Position numbers and translations under genes: made by a program. 64,000 bases of DNA, taken from assembly GCA_051294375.1 (NCBI GenBank), contig CM119264.1:10383615-10447614 (forward strand). The letters run 5' to 3'. Each line of letters begins with the position of its first letter. Positions within the stretch are counted from its first letter, which is position 1. This DNA is from Paraspadella gotoi (taxonomy: Eukaryota; Animalia; Chaetognatha). The notes below the pieces were generated by a model that searched no databases, had not been told where the DNA came from, and saw nothing but the letters and a program-made list of their open reading frames with translations. Shown in pieces: positions 13,200 through 27,400 of the stretch.

Positions 13200-13404
13200 A
13201 TGATGATGACGATGATGATGATGATTATGATGATGATGAGATGATGATGATGATGATGAGATGATGATGATGATGATATGATGATGATGACGATGATGAT
13301 GACGTCTCTCATATGAAGATTCTGATCATTTTTATCATCTGATAATTTGATCATTTTTATAATCTTGGTGATTATGATGATCAAATTGATGTTGATGATG
13401 ATGA

Positions 13405-13447
<43 letters not shown>
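13200..13447. repeat. (GAT)n microsatellite cluster
   Basis: Two imperfect/perfect runs (13200-13303, 13385-13447). Confidence 0.9.
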
Positions 13448-13448
<1 letters not shown>

Positions 13449-14229
13449 TTGAAAAGGAGAAGATAAAAAGGAAAGAAAAAAAGAAGGAGTCGATTTGGAG
13501 GAAGAGAAGAGACGAGACGTGATGAGGATTAAAATCGAGATTCGGCGAATTAAGGATTTCGCGTTGACGACCAACGAAAATCGAAATCCTTTTAAAAACT
13601 TGTTCCAATTTTAGCTTCGAAATGGGGGACGACGACGACGACGACGACGACGACGAAGACGACGAAGACGACGACGACGGGGAAAGCGACGACGACGACG
13701 ACGGGGAAAGCGACGACCACGAAAACTCTGATAAGACGAGGAAATAAACACAAGAGCAACCTTGTAAATCAGAAAAGACGTACTTATATTGTCAAACAAT
13801 CCAAAATGCTACTAAAAAAAATTAAATAACTTATTATATCAAAGTCTAATTAAGAAAGTTGATAAAGAAAAAAACAAACTTTGTCTATGAAAAAGACATC
13901 GATAAATCATGTGTGGAGTGAAAATTGATGACAACGACGAAGTAAAACCAAACAAAATGGCGACGACCGAAGATGACGAATAAAGCGACGGTGATGATGG
14001 CGGATGATAAAAAAGATAAAAGATAAAAAAAAAAGACAACGGTAAAAGACGATTTAAAAATAAAAACGACCGAAAAAACGTTTGCGACGTAAAAAGTGAA
14101 CGATAACTGCGACGATGACGACGATGACGACAATAGTGACGACGACGGCGATGACCGCGACCACGAAGGAAACGGCGATGACGTTTCAGAAACCGAAAAC
14201 CAGATCCTTTCACGAGTAAGGTACTCTCT

Positions 14230-14284
<55 letters not shown>

Positions 14285-14974
14285 CTCTCTCCCCCCGGTT
14301 TTATGATGATTGCCTTCGGGATCGAAAAGCAATGAAGAAGCGTCAACGAAACCGGACGAATATGAGGAAAGGGTAAACATTTAAAAAGATAAGTATTGAG
14401 CAAACTGCTATGAAGAATATTTATTTAAGGCCATTCCCTGTTTGTTCTCGAGTAATAAATCAATTTGTATTTGGGTGAGTTCATCAAAGCTTTCCTTCGC
14501 CTCACCCGCCAATGATCGACCGAACGCGATAAGAAGAAACGAAGTCGCTCATAAATTTTCTCTTCGCGTCTCCTCTTCAGAATTCGAAGCAGCGACGCCA
14601 CCGTTCGGGTCACCTTCTTCCCCCAAGTCCACTTCAATCTAGTACCTTTATTTTTTTTTGTTCTCTGTGCTCCGTCAGTCAGTCAGTCACTCTTCCTTGG
14701 TTTAGCTTTATTTTTCTCTTCTTCCTCTTTAACTCTAAGCAAACTTCACTTCATCATCAACTTCAGTTCTCCCGTAACTTTCTACATCTCCGCTCATCTC
14801 CCCCATTCGACTCCTTCCTCCGATCTTTCATTGCTGACCAGTGACCACACCCCGAAACCTCTCACTTACCAACCAACCCGGCCAACTTACCTCACCCTTT
14901 TCCCCTACCGAAGCCCTTCCGACCGTCGGCCGAGAGAAAAAAAATCGCTGGCGCAGCTTCTAGCCTCGCCACGC

Positions 14975-15182
14975 GTCAGTAACCAATCAAGGCGACCTAA
15001 TTCTGACCCCGTTTCTCTTTATCATTGGCCCCTACGACCCCTGGCGGCCGGCGCCGCGGAGTCTGCTCTAATCCCGGCGCCCGCGCGGTCCGGCGCCGCA
15101 AATTGGCTCCGACGATGGGAGCCGAGTTTTCCTTGTCGTCTTTTGACGTCGAGGGTTGCCGACGAGTGGAGCCGAGGTAAGA
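14975..15182 (+). promoter_or_regulatory. CpG-rich promoter-like segment with CCAAT boxes and a candidate short first exon (MGAEFSLSSFDVEGCRRVEP)
   Basis: AACCAATCA at 14981-14989, ATTGG at 15024-15028, GC-rich 15040-15110, ATG at 15115 and donor GAG|GTAAGA at 15176/15177. Mirrored in the right arm at ~32840-33050. Confidence 0.4.
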
Positions 15183-17548
15183 AATTAGGCGGAACGGGGT
15201 CGCATTTAAGCAAATCGCCGTAAAAATTAGTAATAAATTAATACTGACAGAAATATCTCGTAAAACTGAGTGATTTTTTTCAAAACTTTCAACGACTTTT
15301 TTTTTTCACTTTGTCTCATCTCTCGCTCAATTCTTTATCCTTCCTCTCCCTCACGTTTAAGAACCGGGTAGCGTTTCTCCTCTTTTACAGATCGAGCTAA
15401 TTCCTCAAATCATAATAATTATTTATTATGTAATAGTATTCTGGTGAAAATGATACTACATAATATTAAGGTGTGAGCAAATACAGTTAAACTTAAACGA
15501 TACCACCGAATCTAAAAAGTAAACGACTTTTCCGAAAACCTTGGTTCTCCTTCACCGTTAACATCGTGTACGTAAAAAAATCGTGTACGTGAAAGAAATG
15601 ATGCAATTAAGACAACCCAGAATTTTTCTTCGGAATGATCAGAATCTTTCCACCGAACTCTTTACTTAATTCATCCAGTTGTTTCTAACTTTCTCTTCTC
15701 TTCTCTTCTCTTCTCTTCTCTTCTCTTCTCTTCTCTTCTCTTCTCTTCTCTTCTCTTTCTTCTCTTCTCTTCAGAAACTCTCCCGACTTTCATGGCACAT
15801 TTCTCTCCCGACTTTCTCTTCTCTTCTCTTCTCTTCTCTTCTCTTCTCTTCTCTTCTCTTCTCTCTCTTCTTTCTCTTCTCTTCTCTTCTCTTCAGACAC
15901 TCTCCCGACTTTCATGGCACATTTCTTTCTCCCATTCGTTCTCCCGCCATTCGATTTTTTTTTTTCTCCTTTTCTTTCCTATCCCTCAATTTTTCTTCCT
16001 CGATTCCTCCCTTTCCTCCTCTCTCCTTTCCTTTTCTCCCCTCTCTACATCTGCTTCAGTTCCCAGCTCTTTACAGCTTTTTCCCCTGCCTCGATTAATC
16101 TAAACGACGGTGGGAACTTATCCTGTCGCCGAGAAAGTCGAGCCACGCCCCCTTGGATGGCGAGGTGGGGGACGAGCGAGGTCGGACCCAAAGCCCGTCG
16201 GGGACGAATCGGGCTGAATGAGGAAGGAAAAGAAAAGATGGCCAAGGGAAGTTTGGGGCAAAGGAGAATAGAGGGAAAAGAAAAGATCACGAATAGGCGG
16301 GGCCCGATTGGGAGTGAGGCAGCGCAGATTTAGGAATTGGCATTAGGCAATATCCGGTTGACCGGGATGTGAAGAAAACTTGAACAAGAGCCACTGGTTA
16401 ATTTAAAACATCGAAGAGAAGGTAAGGGTAGAGGCAAGAGCAGACAAGGGCACGGAAACTGTCCTGTGACCAGTAAGCATTTAGCGAACAATGTTTAGCA
16501 TTCAAAGCGAACATCAGAATATAATTTTAAAAAATGAACAAAATTGAACGCATGATAGTGAACCCACTGGACAGTGGACACTGAACAGTTGACAGTGAAA
16601 AAATATAATAAGGATCCTTATCTGATACTCCTTTTTTTCGGCGGTTCAGCACCGATTAGGATGTAATCAGTTCGTCGCATCCCCTTAGCCCACTTTGTTA
16701 ATAAATCCACAAGAAAAAAAGAGAAATAAAGATTGTATGTATGATCTTAATTCGCCAATTTCCTCGATCGAGTACGAGCCTCTCGTGTCACCGTCCGACG
16801 TAATCAAAGGACTTCTCTTTTCTGTCTCGCGAACGAGTATCAGCCGACGTCACCAGCTGTTCCGGATCGAGTGGAAACAGCTGCGCAAAGATTCCGATCT
16901 CGTTCAGTGTTCACTGTTCTCACGCTTTGCTATAGGCGGTCACACTTCTTACAACGTTGGGTAAGCACTAAGCAGTGAAGCTTTTTTTCGAAAAAACGCT
17001 GATAAATGAAAGATATACAGTATTTAATTATTTATATCTTTCGTAATGTATGACTTATTTGTATCACAGATTAAAGGTAAAACGAAAATTATGTATATTT
17101 TTAAGATAACATTCAATAAGATTTCTCTAAAAAATTCCCAGCTTTGAAGGAAAAAACGCTGAAACGTGGAAAACACAAGCTTTGGTTCCAATTTCCAACA
17201 GCTGTGGTTTCGAAACCAAAAACAGCTGCCTGATGGCATCGACCCCATTCTCGGTTTTCCAGTGAACACAGCGGGATCAATGTCGTTCAGCTCATTCTCT
17301 CTCACCAGTTTGACTTAACAAAGTCGTCTTTCGATACGGCGGGCCGGTCGTGATCGGTCGTCTCGTTTTTAGCCTTTCTTATTTTCTTTTCTTTTTTTTT
17401 CAGAAAAAAATTGTGGCTTCTTTTTTTTAGGCCTTTAGAAAAAGCAAAATATACATTTTTAGACGCGCGCTTTAGAGTGTCGTCCTCTGTCAAATGCAAA
17501 TGTCTTTTGTCACTTTGCGTTTGTCTCTTGCACTTTCTTTCCTTTTTT

Positions 17549-17650
<102 letters not shown>

Positions 17651-18059
17651 TCCAAACTCCTGACTCGACTCATTAGGCGCCTCGTTTTCTTTCTCCGTTC
17701 CACCTCCATCATCCTTCGTTCCATTTCCGCCGTCGAATCAGTGATGGCGATGCCACCCCAACTCTGCCACTTTGCCATTCTGCCGTCACGCCAGCGCCAC
17801 CGACGAGGAATTGACGAAGAGTTGCTGGGATGTCGCACATCGGTTTGGATTTGGTTAGCTTTGATTTATTACGAACCATATTTAAATTTTGTAACTTTAC
17901 TGCTGCATATTTTTTATTTAACAATTCGTTGACTGATAGTGGTTTTTTAAACATATGCATCTCGGCAACTGAGCCAGGTCTGAAAATTCAGAAATCACAC
18001 ACTTGAAACCTTAGGGAGAGTCTCACTTTTATTTTTGATAAAAACCTTTCCTTTTTTTC

Positions 18060-18170
18060 TCATCGATTGGTCACTTTCTCCTCCCACGTCACCGCAAACC
18101 GGAAGTGAAGTTCCGAATTTTCCTCTTCGTTTGCGTCTCTCGAACTCTGGGTTAAAAATGGCCGCCAAGA
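18060..18170 (+). promoter_or_regulatory. Housekeeping-type promoter motif cluster (CCAAT, CRE half-site, ETS, YY1)
   Basis: ATTGG 18066-18070, CACGTCA 18085-18091, ACCGGAAGTG 18098-18107 and AAAATGGCCGCC 18155-18166 within ~100 bp. Mirrored at ~29975-30080. Confidence 0.5.
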
Positions 18171-21100
18171 GAAACGGAGACCGAGTGCTTGGAAACCCAC
18201 GCCACCCGTTATTTCTTTTTTTCTTTTTTTTTTTTTTTATTTTCAGAGGAAAAAAGTTAGTCTTAAAGTCTAAAATATATACGTATGTACCTTTCTTACT
18301 TACAGTTTTTTTTTTTTTTTTTAACTTTAACGATCGACTTCACTTTACAATCATCAGCGTGAAACGAAGGCGAGTGAAAGTCTTGCTGACGTCTGCAACT
18401 GAAAAAAAACGAATGGGCAGCGTGAATCGTGGAACAGAAATTCAAAGAACAGAAAATCGTAGAAACGAAAATCGCAGAACATGTAAAGTAAGAACAGACA
18501 ATCGTAGAACAAATGAAGGTAAAATTATGTCAAAAATTTTATAGAATATTAACCAAAATAGCGGTAGAATACGATCAAAATATTGACTTTAAAAAAAATC
18601 TAAAATATCGTAAGTCGATGAAGGAACAGGTAATTCGAGAAATACAGACAATAGCAGCGAAGAAAATCGAAAAAAGCTGGGAAAAAATCTAAAAACTCGA
18701 AAATCGCGCCAAAAACCGTTTTGTTTATCGTTCCCTCCTGACCTGACTCGCGCGGCCCCGTCAGCCGAGCCCGCCCATCGGCCGATCCGGCACCCGGCAG
18801 CCACCTCGGCCGCCCCCGGCCCTCGGCAGGCACCTCGGCGCCCCAAATCACCCGCTCAAAAATCAGGGACCCGAGGGAAAAAAGAAAAACGCCGATTACG
18901 TGGAAAACGCGCGTAATTATATGAGAATATCGTTTATTTATGTGGGAACGTTGTTTGTTATTTACCGATTACATTTAACGTTATATTCCGCTCGATCGCA
19001 CTTCTTTTTAACTTTTTAAAAATATTTGTGTCTCTGCGTAAGAGTGAGCCTTCCGACGAAGCTTACTTGGGTTCTCGACCAAGTGGTTCATTGGTAATAA
19101 GGGAGAACTGACGTCTAACCTACCTGCAGTGGCGGATAACAGTCAGATCTGATTTGAAGCTTGCAAATAACAGCCAGAAATTCGGGCGAGATGTGTGGAA
19201 CTAGGTTGTTTAATATAATCAATTAACTAAATTGTTTAATATAACCAACTTGTTTACTTTTCTCCGTCAAGCATGACAATCTTCTCTTACATGCTCAACT
19301 TAGTTTGAATCCAATTAAAACTTTACATTCACCTTCACGTTCACTTTAGGCTTCGAGTCTAACTCGATCCTCACCATCGCATTTTCAACTCGCCGACTCT
19401 TCGATCTACGGTTTTCCGCAGTTGACTTCTCTCGACGATCACCACCACCACCACCACCACTTCCTCCATCAACACCCCCATTAACCAAAACCACCATCTC
19501 CAGCCAAACTGGGAAAAAGTGAGAGCCCAGGCCGCCCAGGGTGATGGACGCGGCTCGCTTGGGTGGCGCACTTAACCCTCCCTCTTCTACTTTATTGGGG
19601 CCATTCCGCTTTTCGAACTCTTTCCCCCCCCATTCACACCGCCAACCCTCCGAGGCGTGACCCCCTGGATCCCCTCACCCGCCGCTGTCCTCCTCTATTT
19701 CCCCGTCCTTCATCTCGGAACTTACCCTCTCACGGGAACGATTCATGAAGTATCCCTGGAATAAGCAATAAATTGGCGCGAGGGGTCGGTGGTGGGCTGG
19801 TGAGATAGATGGAGAGGGAGACGATGGCTGTCGAGGTGAACATTGAAGAAGAGTGAGTTGATGAGGTGAAGCGGTGATACGGACTGGCTGTGAGAATGTG
19901 ACAAAATGGCGGACTGGCGGTGACAGATTATTCCGAACGATGCTGACTTCCGTTTTAAAATTTAACAGCTTAATATTTTAGTTAATACATTAACATTTAT
20001 TAAAAAAATCTTTCTTTCACAATTAATGGTACTTTCCATTTTTTTTTTTTGGCTTCGTTCAATTTATTTATTTATTTTTTTATTCTTTGAAACTTCTCCA
20101 TTTCCTTTCTTTTTCCTTCTTTTTCATCCTTTTTTCTTTCTTTCCTTTTTTGTTCTCTTTCTCACTTCTCTCTCTTTTTTTTTATCTCCCTCGGGAGCCG
20201 CGCATTTTTAGGTTATATGGGAAGAGAAGGTGCACTTTTGACATGTTCTCACTTCTCTATCCTCACCTCTTTTTCCGTTCGAGGGTTCGAAGCCTTCTAT
20301 CTCTTCACCCTGAGTGGCCCGAGCCTTTCGCCTCTTATTTCTTCGCCTCACGAGTTTCTTTCTTTTTCTTTCTTCTCTCAATCAAAATGTGTAGTGTTTC
20401 TCTTCTTTTTTTTCTTTTAAAATAATAGTAATAGAATAAAAATATAATATATTTTTGAAAAAATTTAATCAAAAAATATATTTTATCGCAACTCGTACTT
20501 GGATTTTCTGTTAATCAGTAATAGATAATCTCATTTGCAAATTGCAGAAATGAAGTAGTGAAAATTTGTTTTTCTCGGTCTGAGTCTCGATAGTTGCTTT
20601 TATAACGACATCATGGTTGTTATAATTTTAAAGTTAAAACCAAAAGTTGTTAAAGTTTGTTTGACTATAAATCAAAATTATTACGATTAATAACGTTGAA
20701 TAGACACTTCCGACTCTTTCCATTTCTCGATGTCAGAAATTATTTTAAATGTTACCCAGTGCCTTTACATAGCATTAAAATAATTAATGCATATAGTGAA
20801 ATTTTATAGGGCCTTTTTCTCGGCCTAACAATATCCATTATCTCTTATGCTTGGGTCTAGCGCGACCTAATCACTTACATCAATGGCTCTTGCCTCTAAC
20901 TCACCAAGTATTTCGTTGTTAAATTGTTCTCTCGAGCCGTATCGGCTTTTTTATTTATTTGGCATTTGTTTTTTAAAAAAAGATATTGTTGTTAATGTTA
21001 TTAGTTTGGTAATAAATTTTGATTTTTTATTATTTATTTCCATTTTTTTTTATATATCTATTGAGGCGACTTACCACCGGTCTCTTTCGTCTTCTACATT

Positions 21101-21572
21101 ATTTCCATTCTCTACTTTTTAGTAGCTTCACCGTTTCTCCCGCATTCCATTCTGCTACAACTGATATTATACTTTCTTTTCTCATCCCCGATCTCTCCCA
21201 ACTTTCCTCTATCTCCAAATCTCTTTTTCGTCCTCCTTTCTTTTTTCTTTCTACTTCTCTTTCCTCTCTTTCCTCTCTTCTTTCCTTCTCGCTTCCCCTC
21301 CATTCGACGAGACTGACCGTTGAGATATTCGACTCATTTGCATTTTGGCGCCTCAACTCTGATGCGATTCCTTCGGCGCCATTTTGTCAGAATGTTCCGA
21401 CTCTGCCAGACAGCGTGCGATCTTTAGTCTAGAACTTTTCCGCCTTACTGCGAGAATACATATCTCCGTCTTGGCATAAATTTTTTGGAGAGTTTGAATT
21501 CTGCTATTTTCGTTTACAAGAGTTAGACTCTGGAATCAAGACCTGTCAATAATATAATTTTATATTACAATT

Positions 21573-21885
21573 TTATATTGGTTGTACCAATTTCATAAAT
21601 TTCTTTGGGAAAACTGATAGATTCTGATTTTGCCCAAGTCCAAGGTTCTGAACTTGAGTCTCGTCCTCCATTGAATAGAAGTGAGAAGAAGCGACTATAG
21701 GCGGAACAAATCCGAAGCTAAGATCCTCCCAATCAAGATTCATCGTCCTCATGATTGGGTCACGCGAGGCTGACCTGATTGCGCAACGAGATCGCAATGG
21801 GGGCGTTGGGATTCCCTCCGCAACGCTGACCGCTTTATTGGACCGGGTGGCGTGGCAGAAAGGGAAGAAGCGCTGTCCTATCACC
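21573..21885 (-). CDS. Possible internal exon (~100 aa, non-repetitive)
   Basis: Open frame following a CAG at ~21888-21886 with a weak TTG|GTACAA donor near 21587. No homology recognised; the opposite strand is also open over part of it. Confidence 0.25.
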
Positions 21886-22117
21886 CTGTCGTTTCACATT
21901 GGAAAGATGGGAATGAGAAAGAAGTCTATATACAACAACAACGACGACGCTAACAACAACAACGACGAGGTGAGAAGAGTTCCTGAATCGGCAACTCCCA
22001 CTCAACAATCGCCGAGTCTCAGCGGGATCGCGTCTGTTAAATGCTAGACTCGCTAATCCTGACGAACACGGCTCGTCCAGTGAAAGAGGGATCTGGATCG
22101 CGGAAAGAGAGAAAGAG

Positions 22118-22184
<67 letters not shown>

Positions 22185-22185
22185 A
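22118..22185. repeat. (AAAG)n microsatellite
   Basis: Directly visible. Confidence 0.9.
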
Positions 22186-22340
22186 ATAAAGTAACAAAGA
22201 AAGTAGGAGAGAAAGAGAGAGAAAGAGTTGGAAGATTTTTTGATAAGTGGATTTCCCGCGGCCCCGGACAGCTGCATTAGCGACGGATGAAAGGGATTCG
22301 AGCCAAAACAACCACGCGACAGCCGCGCGTGAGAGTGAGA

Positions 22341-22520
22341 GGAAGGTCAGGTGGGAACGAGGGGAAGGTCTGGTGGAAATTAGGGGAAGGTCAGGTGGCA
22401 ATGAAGGAAAGGTCAGGTGGGAATGAATGAAAGGTCAGGTTGTAATGATGGGATGAGGAGAAGGCCCCACTATCCAGTGTCCACGTAGGAATGATGGGAA
22501 GGTCAGATGGGAATGAGGGG
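22341..22520 (+). repeat. 22-bp minisatellite, consensus ~GGAAGGTCAGGTGGGAATGAGG
   Basis: AGGTC(A/T) at 22344, 22366, 22388, 22410 and 22432 (exact 22-bp period) plus a displaced unit at ~22500. Mirrored at ~25560-25745. Confidence 0.85.
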
Positions 22521-23335
22521 AAAATGTGTGGGAAAATGAGATGTGAATGAAGTAGTGGTCAGATGGCATAGAGAAAACTAAGATGAGATAAGAAATCTAC
22601 AATGCACCAAACAAAAAGTTAATGCACTCACAACAAGTTGGCCATATAAAAGACTCGCGGTCAAAAAATGAATACAAATAAAACACAAAAAAAAGATAAA
22701 ATAAATAAAAAAATATGGTTTGAAAAAAAGAACATTGTTGTCATCAATGGCTTCGTCTTCAATCAACCTATCTTAAAGACTACCTATCTTCTCATAAGTT
22801 ATAACTCCATCTAGTTCATTAATTCTATCTTCTCATCTTGAGATTTTTCTGAATTTCTCAAGCTAGTTTCTAGCTCTCTATCACATTTACCATCTTCATC
22901 TTCAACATCTATCTTTCTTTCTTTTTTTTCTATCTTCCTTTCCTCCGTCTTTGGATGATGAGAACGGCTTTTATGTTCTTTAAATTAGCGGCTTAGTCCC
23001 GTTTTCTTTCTCGTATCTTTTTTTTTTTTATTCTTTATTTTATTTATTTTTCGTTCCTTTTTTTCTCCTTTTTCTTATCGCTCCTTTTCTCCTCCATCGA
23101 GCAGCTTCAGCTTCCAATTTGTCTTCAGATTTTTTCTTTAAATCTTTTTTATTTTTAGTTCGGTTCTTTCTTTTTTTCTGGGCCTTATTTTGAATCAGGG
23201 AGTTTTCCTTTTTACTTTCCCTTCACTAGTTGACTTCTTACAAATGTTTGAACCTTTTCTTAATTTATTTTTTTTAATTAAGTTTGTTTCTAACTCTCTC
23301 TCTCCTTCCCACTCTTTATCCCCCACAATCTTTTA

Positions 23336-23370
<35 letters not shown>

Positions 23371-23400
23371 CACCTCTCTCTCTATCTATATATCTATCTA

Positions 23401-23431
<31 letters not shown>

Positions 23432-23583
23432 CTATCTCTCTCTCTCTCCTTTCTTTTCTCATCTCCATTCTCTCTCATCCTGTCCATTAACTTGCTTCCC
23501 TTTTTATCCTCTGATGTTTCCTTCTTCACTTTAACGTTTTTTGGCTCTCTCTCTCACTCTCTCTCTTCTCTCTCTCTCTCACT

Positions 23584-23640
<57 letters not shown>

Positions 23641-23952
23641 CCCCTCTCTCTCTCTCTCGTTTACTCTTTAAAAAAAAAACCTGGAGCAGTGGCTGCAAGG
23701 AAGTCCAAAAATTTAGAGGCCAGTCGCTGGTTTATCTCATTAGTCCCTCAAAGGCGTAAAAAAAAAACTCTTCCCTCCCTCCTCTCTTTCTCGCTCTCAC
23801 CTCACCCATTTCTATGTACAAACTGTAAAGTCATCATGTTTTTTTCGCTGTTTATGTTTTTCTGGTCATAAACGTTGAAAACAAATCATAACAACACAAC
23901 GGTTGCGCAGGAGCGGCGGCAAATATTTTTCACCCATTGTACCAGGTGTACA

Positions 23953-24038
<86 letters not shown>

Positions 24039-24156
24039 TCTTGTATAATCAACGACCATTCCTTCCCTTTTTGTTCCATTTTTCGACTGGCATCAGAAAA
24101 AGCGGCGGCGATCTTTTTCTGCCTCCCATTCAATTAGCGACGCGGTCGTCGCGGCG

Positions 24157-24434
24157 GCCGCCGCTCCTGCGCAACCGTTGTGTTGTTATTGATTTGTTTT
24201 CAACGTTTATGACCAGAAAAACATAAACAGCGAAAAAAACATGATGACTTTACAGTTTGTACATAGAAATGGGTGAGGGAGAGCGAGAAAGAGAGGAGAG
24301 GGAAAGAGTTTTTTTTTTTACGCCTTTGAGGGACTAATGAGATAAACCAGCGACTGGCCTCTAATTTTTGGACTTCCTTGCAGCCACTGCTCCAGGTTTT
24401 TTTTTTAAAGAGTAAACGAGGAGAGAGAGAGGGG

Positions 24435-24468
<34 letters not shown>

Positions 24469-27400
24469 GAGAGAGAGAGAGAGGAGAGAGAGAGTGAGAG
24501 AGAGAGAGAGAGAGAGAGTGAGAGAGAGAGCCAAAAAACGTTAAAGTGAAGAAGGAAACATCAGAGGATAAAAAGGGAAGCAAGTTAATGGACAGGATGA
24601 GAGAGAATGGAGATGAGAAAGAAAGGAGAGAGAGAGAGATAGATAGATAGATAGATAGATAGAGATGGAGAGAGATAGATAGATATATAGATAGAGAGGG
24701 AGAGAGAGAGTGAGTGTGAGAGAGAGAGAGAAGAGAGAGAGAGAGAAGAGAGATAGTAAAAAGATTGTGGGATAAAGAGTGGGGAAGGAGAGAGAGAGTT
24801 AGAAACAAACTTAATTAAAAAAAATAAATTAAGAAAAGGTTCAAACATTTGTAAGAAGTCAACTAGTGAAGGGGAAAGTAAAAAGGAGAAACTCCCTGAT
24901 TCAAAATAAGGCCCAGAAAAAAATGAAAGAACCGAACTAAAAATAAAAAAAGATTTAAAGAAAAAAATCTGAAGACAAATTGGAAGCTGAAGCTGCTCGA
25001 TGGAGGAGAAAAGAGCGATAAGAAAAAGGAGAAAAAAAGGAACGAAAAATAAAAAAATAAAGAATAAAAAAAAAAAAGATACGAGAAAGAAAACGGGACT
25101 AAGCCGCTAATTTAAAGAACATAAAAGCCGTTCTCATCATCCAAAGACGGAGGAAAGGAAGATAGAAAAAAAAAGAAAAAAGAATGATGTTGAAGATGAA
25201 GATGGTAAATGTGATAGAGAGCTAGAAACTAGCTTGAGAAATTCAGAAAAATCTCAAGATGAGAAGATAGAATTAATGAACTAGATGGAGTTATAACTTA
25301 TGAGAAGATAGTAGTCTTTAAGATAGGTTGATTGAAGACGAAGCCATTTGATGACAACAATGTTCTTTTTTTCAAAACCATTATTTTTTTATTTATTTTA
25401 TCTTTTTTTTGTGTTTTATTGTATTCATTTTTGACCGCGATTTTATTGTTTTGAGTGCATTAACTTTTTGTTGGTGCATTGTAGATTTCTTATCTCATCT
25501 TAGTTTTTCTCTATTGCCATTCTGACCACTACTTCATTCACATCTCATTTTCCCACACATTTTCCCCTCATTCCCATCTGACCTTCCCATCATTCCTACG
25601 TGGACACTGGATAGTGGGGCCTTCTCCTCATCCCATCATTACAACCTGACCTTTCATTCATTCCCACCTGACCTTTCCTTCATTGCCACCTGACCTTCCC
25701 CTAATTTCACCAGACCTTTCCCCTCGTTCCCACCTGACCTTCCTCTCACTCTCACGCGCGCTGTCGCGTGGTTGTTTTGGCTCGAATCCCTTTCATCCGT
25801 CGCTAATGCAGCTGTCCGCGGCCGCGGGGAAATCCACTTATCAAAAAATCTTCCAACTCTTTCTCTCTCTTTCTCTCCTACTTTCTTGTTATCTTTCTTT
25901 TTTCTTCTTTCTTTCTTTCTTTCTTTCTTTCTTTTCTTTACTTCTTTCTTTCTTTCTTTCTTTCTTTCTTTTCTTTCTTTCTCTCTTTCCCGCGATCCAG
26001 ATCCCTCTTTCGCTGGACCGAGCCGTGTTCGTCAGGATTAGCGATCTAGCATTTAACAGACGCGATCCCGCTTGAGACTCGGCGATTGTTGAGTGGGAGT
26101 TGCCGATTCAGGAACTCTTCTCACCTCGTCGTTGTTTGTTGTTAGCTCGTCGTTGTTGTTGTATATAGACTTTCTTTCTCATTCCCATTTTCCAATGTGA
26201 AACGACAGGGTGATAGGACAGCGCTTCTTCCCTTTTCTGCCACGCCACCCGGTCCAATAAAGCGGTCAGCGTTGCGGAGGGAATCCCAACCCCCATTGCG
26301 ATCTCGTTGCGCAATCAGGTCAGCCTCGCGTGACCCAATCATGAGGACGATGAATCTTGATTGGGAGGATCTTAGCTTCGCGATTTGTTCCGCCTATAGT
26401 CGCTTCTTCTCACTTCTATTCAATGGAGGACGAGACTCAAGTTCAGAAACCTTGGACTTGGGCAAAATCAGAATCTATCAGTTTTCCCAAAGAAATTTAT
26501 GAAATTGGTACAACCAATATAAAATTGTAATATAAAATTATATTATTGACAGGTCTTGATTCCAGAGTCTAACTCTTGTAAACGAAAAATAGCAGAATTC
26601 AAACTCTCCAAAAAAATTTATTGCCAAGACGGAGATATGTATTCTCGCAGTAAGGCGGAAAAGTTCTAGACTAAAGATCGCCGCTGTCAGAGTGCAGATC
26701 GGAACATTCTGACAAAATGGCGCCGAAGGAATCGCATCAGAGTTGAGGCGCCAAAATGCAAATGAGTCGAATATCTCAACGGTCAGTCTCGTCGAATGGA
26801 GGGGAAGCCGAGAAGGAAAGAAGAGAAAGAGAGGAAAGAGAAGTAGAAAGAAAAAAGAAAGGAGGACGAAAAAAAGAGATTTGGAGATAGAGGAAAGTTG
26901 GGAAGAGATCGGGATGAGAAAAGAAAGTATAACGTCGTTGTAGCAGAATGGAATGCGGAGAATGAAACGGTTGAAGCTACTAAAAAGTTAGATGAATAAT
27001 GTAGAAGTAGTTAGAATATAAAAAAAAATGGAAAATAAATAATAAAAAATCAAAATTATTACCAAACTAATAAATTAACAACAATATCTTTTTTTAAAAA
27101 ACAAATGCCAAATAAATAAAAAAGCCGATACGGCTCGAGAGAACAATTTAACAACGAAATACTTGGTGAGTTAGAGGCAAAGAGCCATTGAGTGTAAGTG
27201 ATTAGGTCGCGCTAGACCCAAGCATAAGAGATAATGGATATTGTTAGGCCGAGAAAAAGGCCCTATAAAATTTCACTATATGCATTAATTATTTTAATGC
27301 TATGTAAAGGCACTGGGTTAACATTTAAAATAATTTCTGACATCGAGAAATGAAAAAGAGTCGGAAGTTGCTATTCAACGTTATTAATTCGTAATAATTT

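Noticed and set aside
17165-17320. QQLWFRNQKQ resembling homeodomain helix 3 (WFQNRR)
   Set aside because: No helix 1/2 residues upstream and no conserved basic tail; probably chance.
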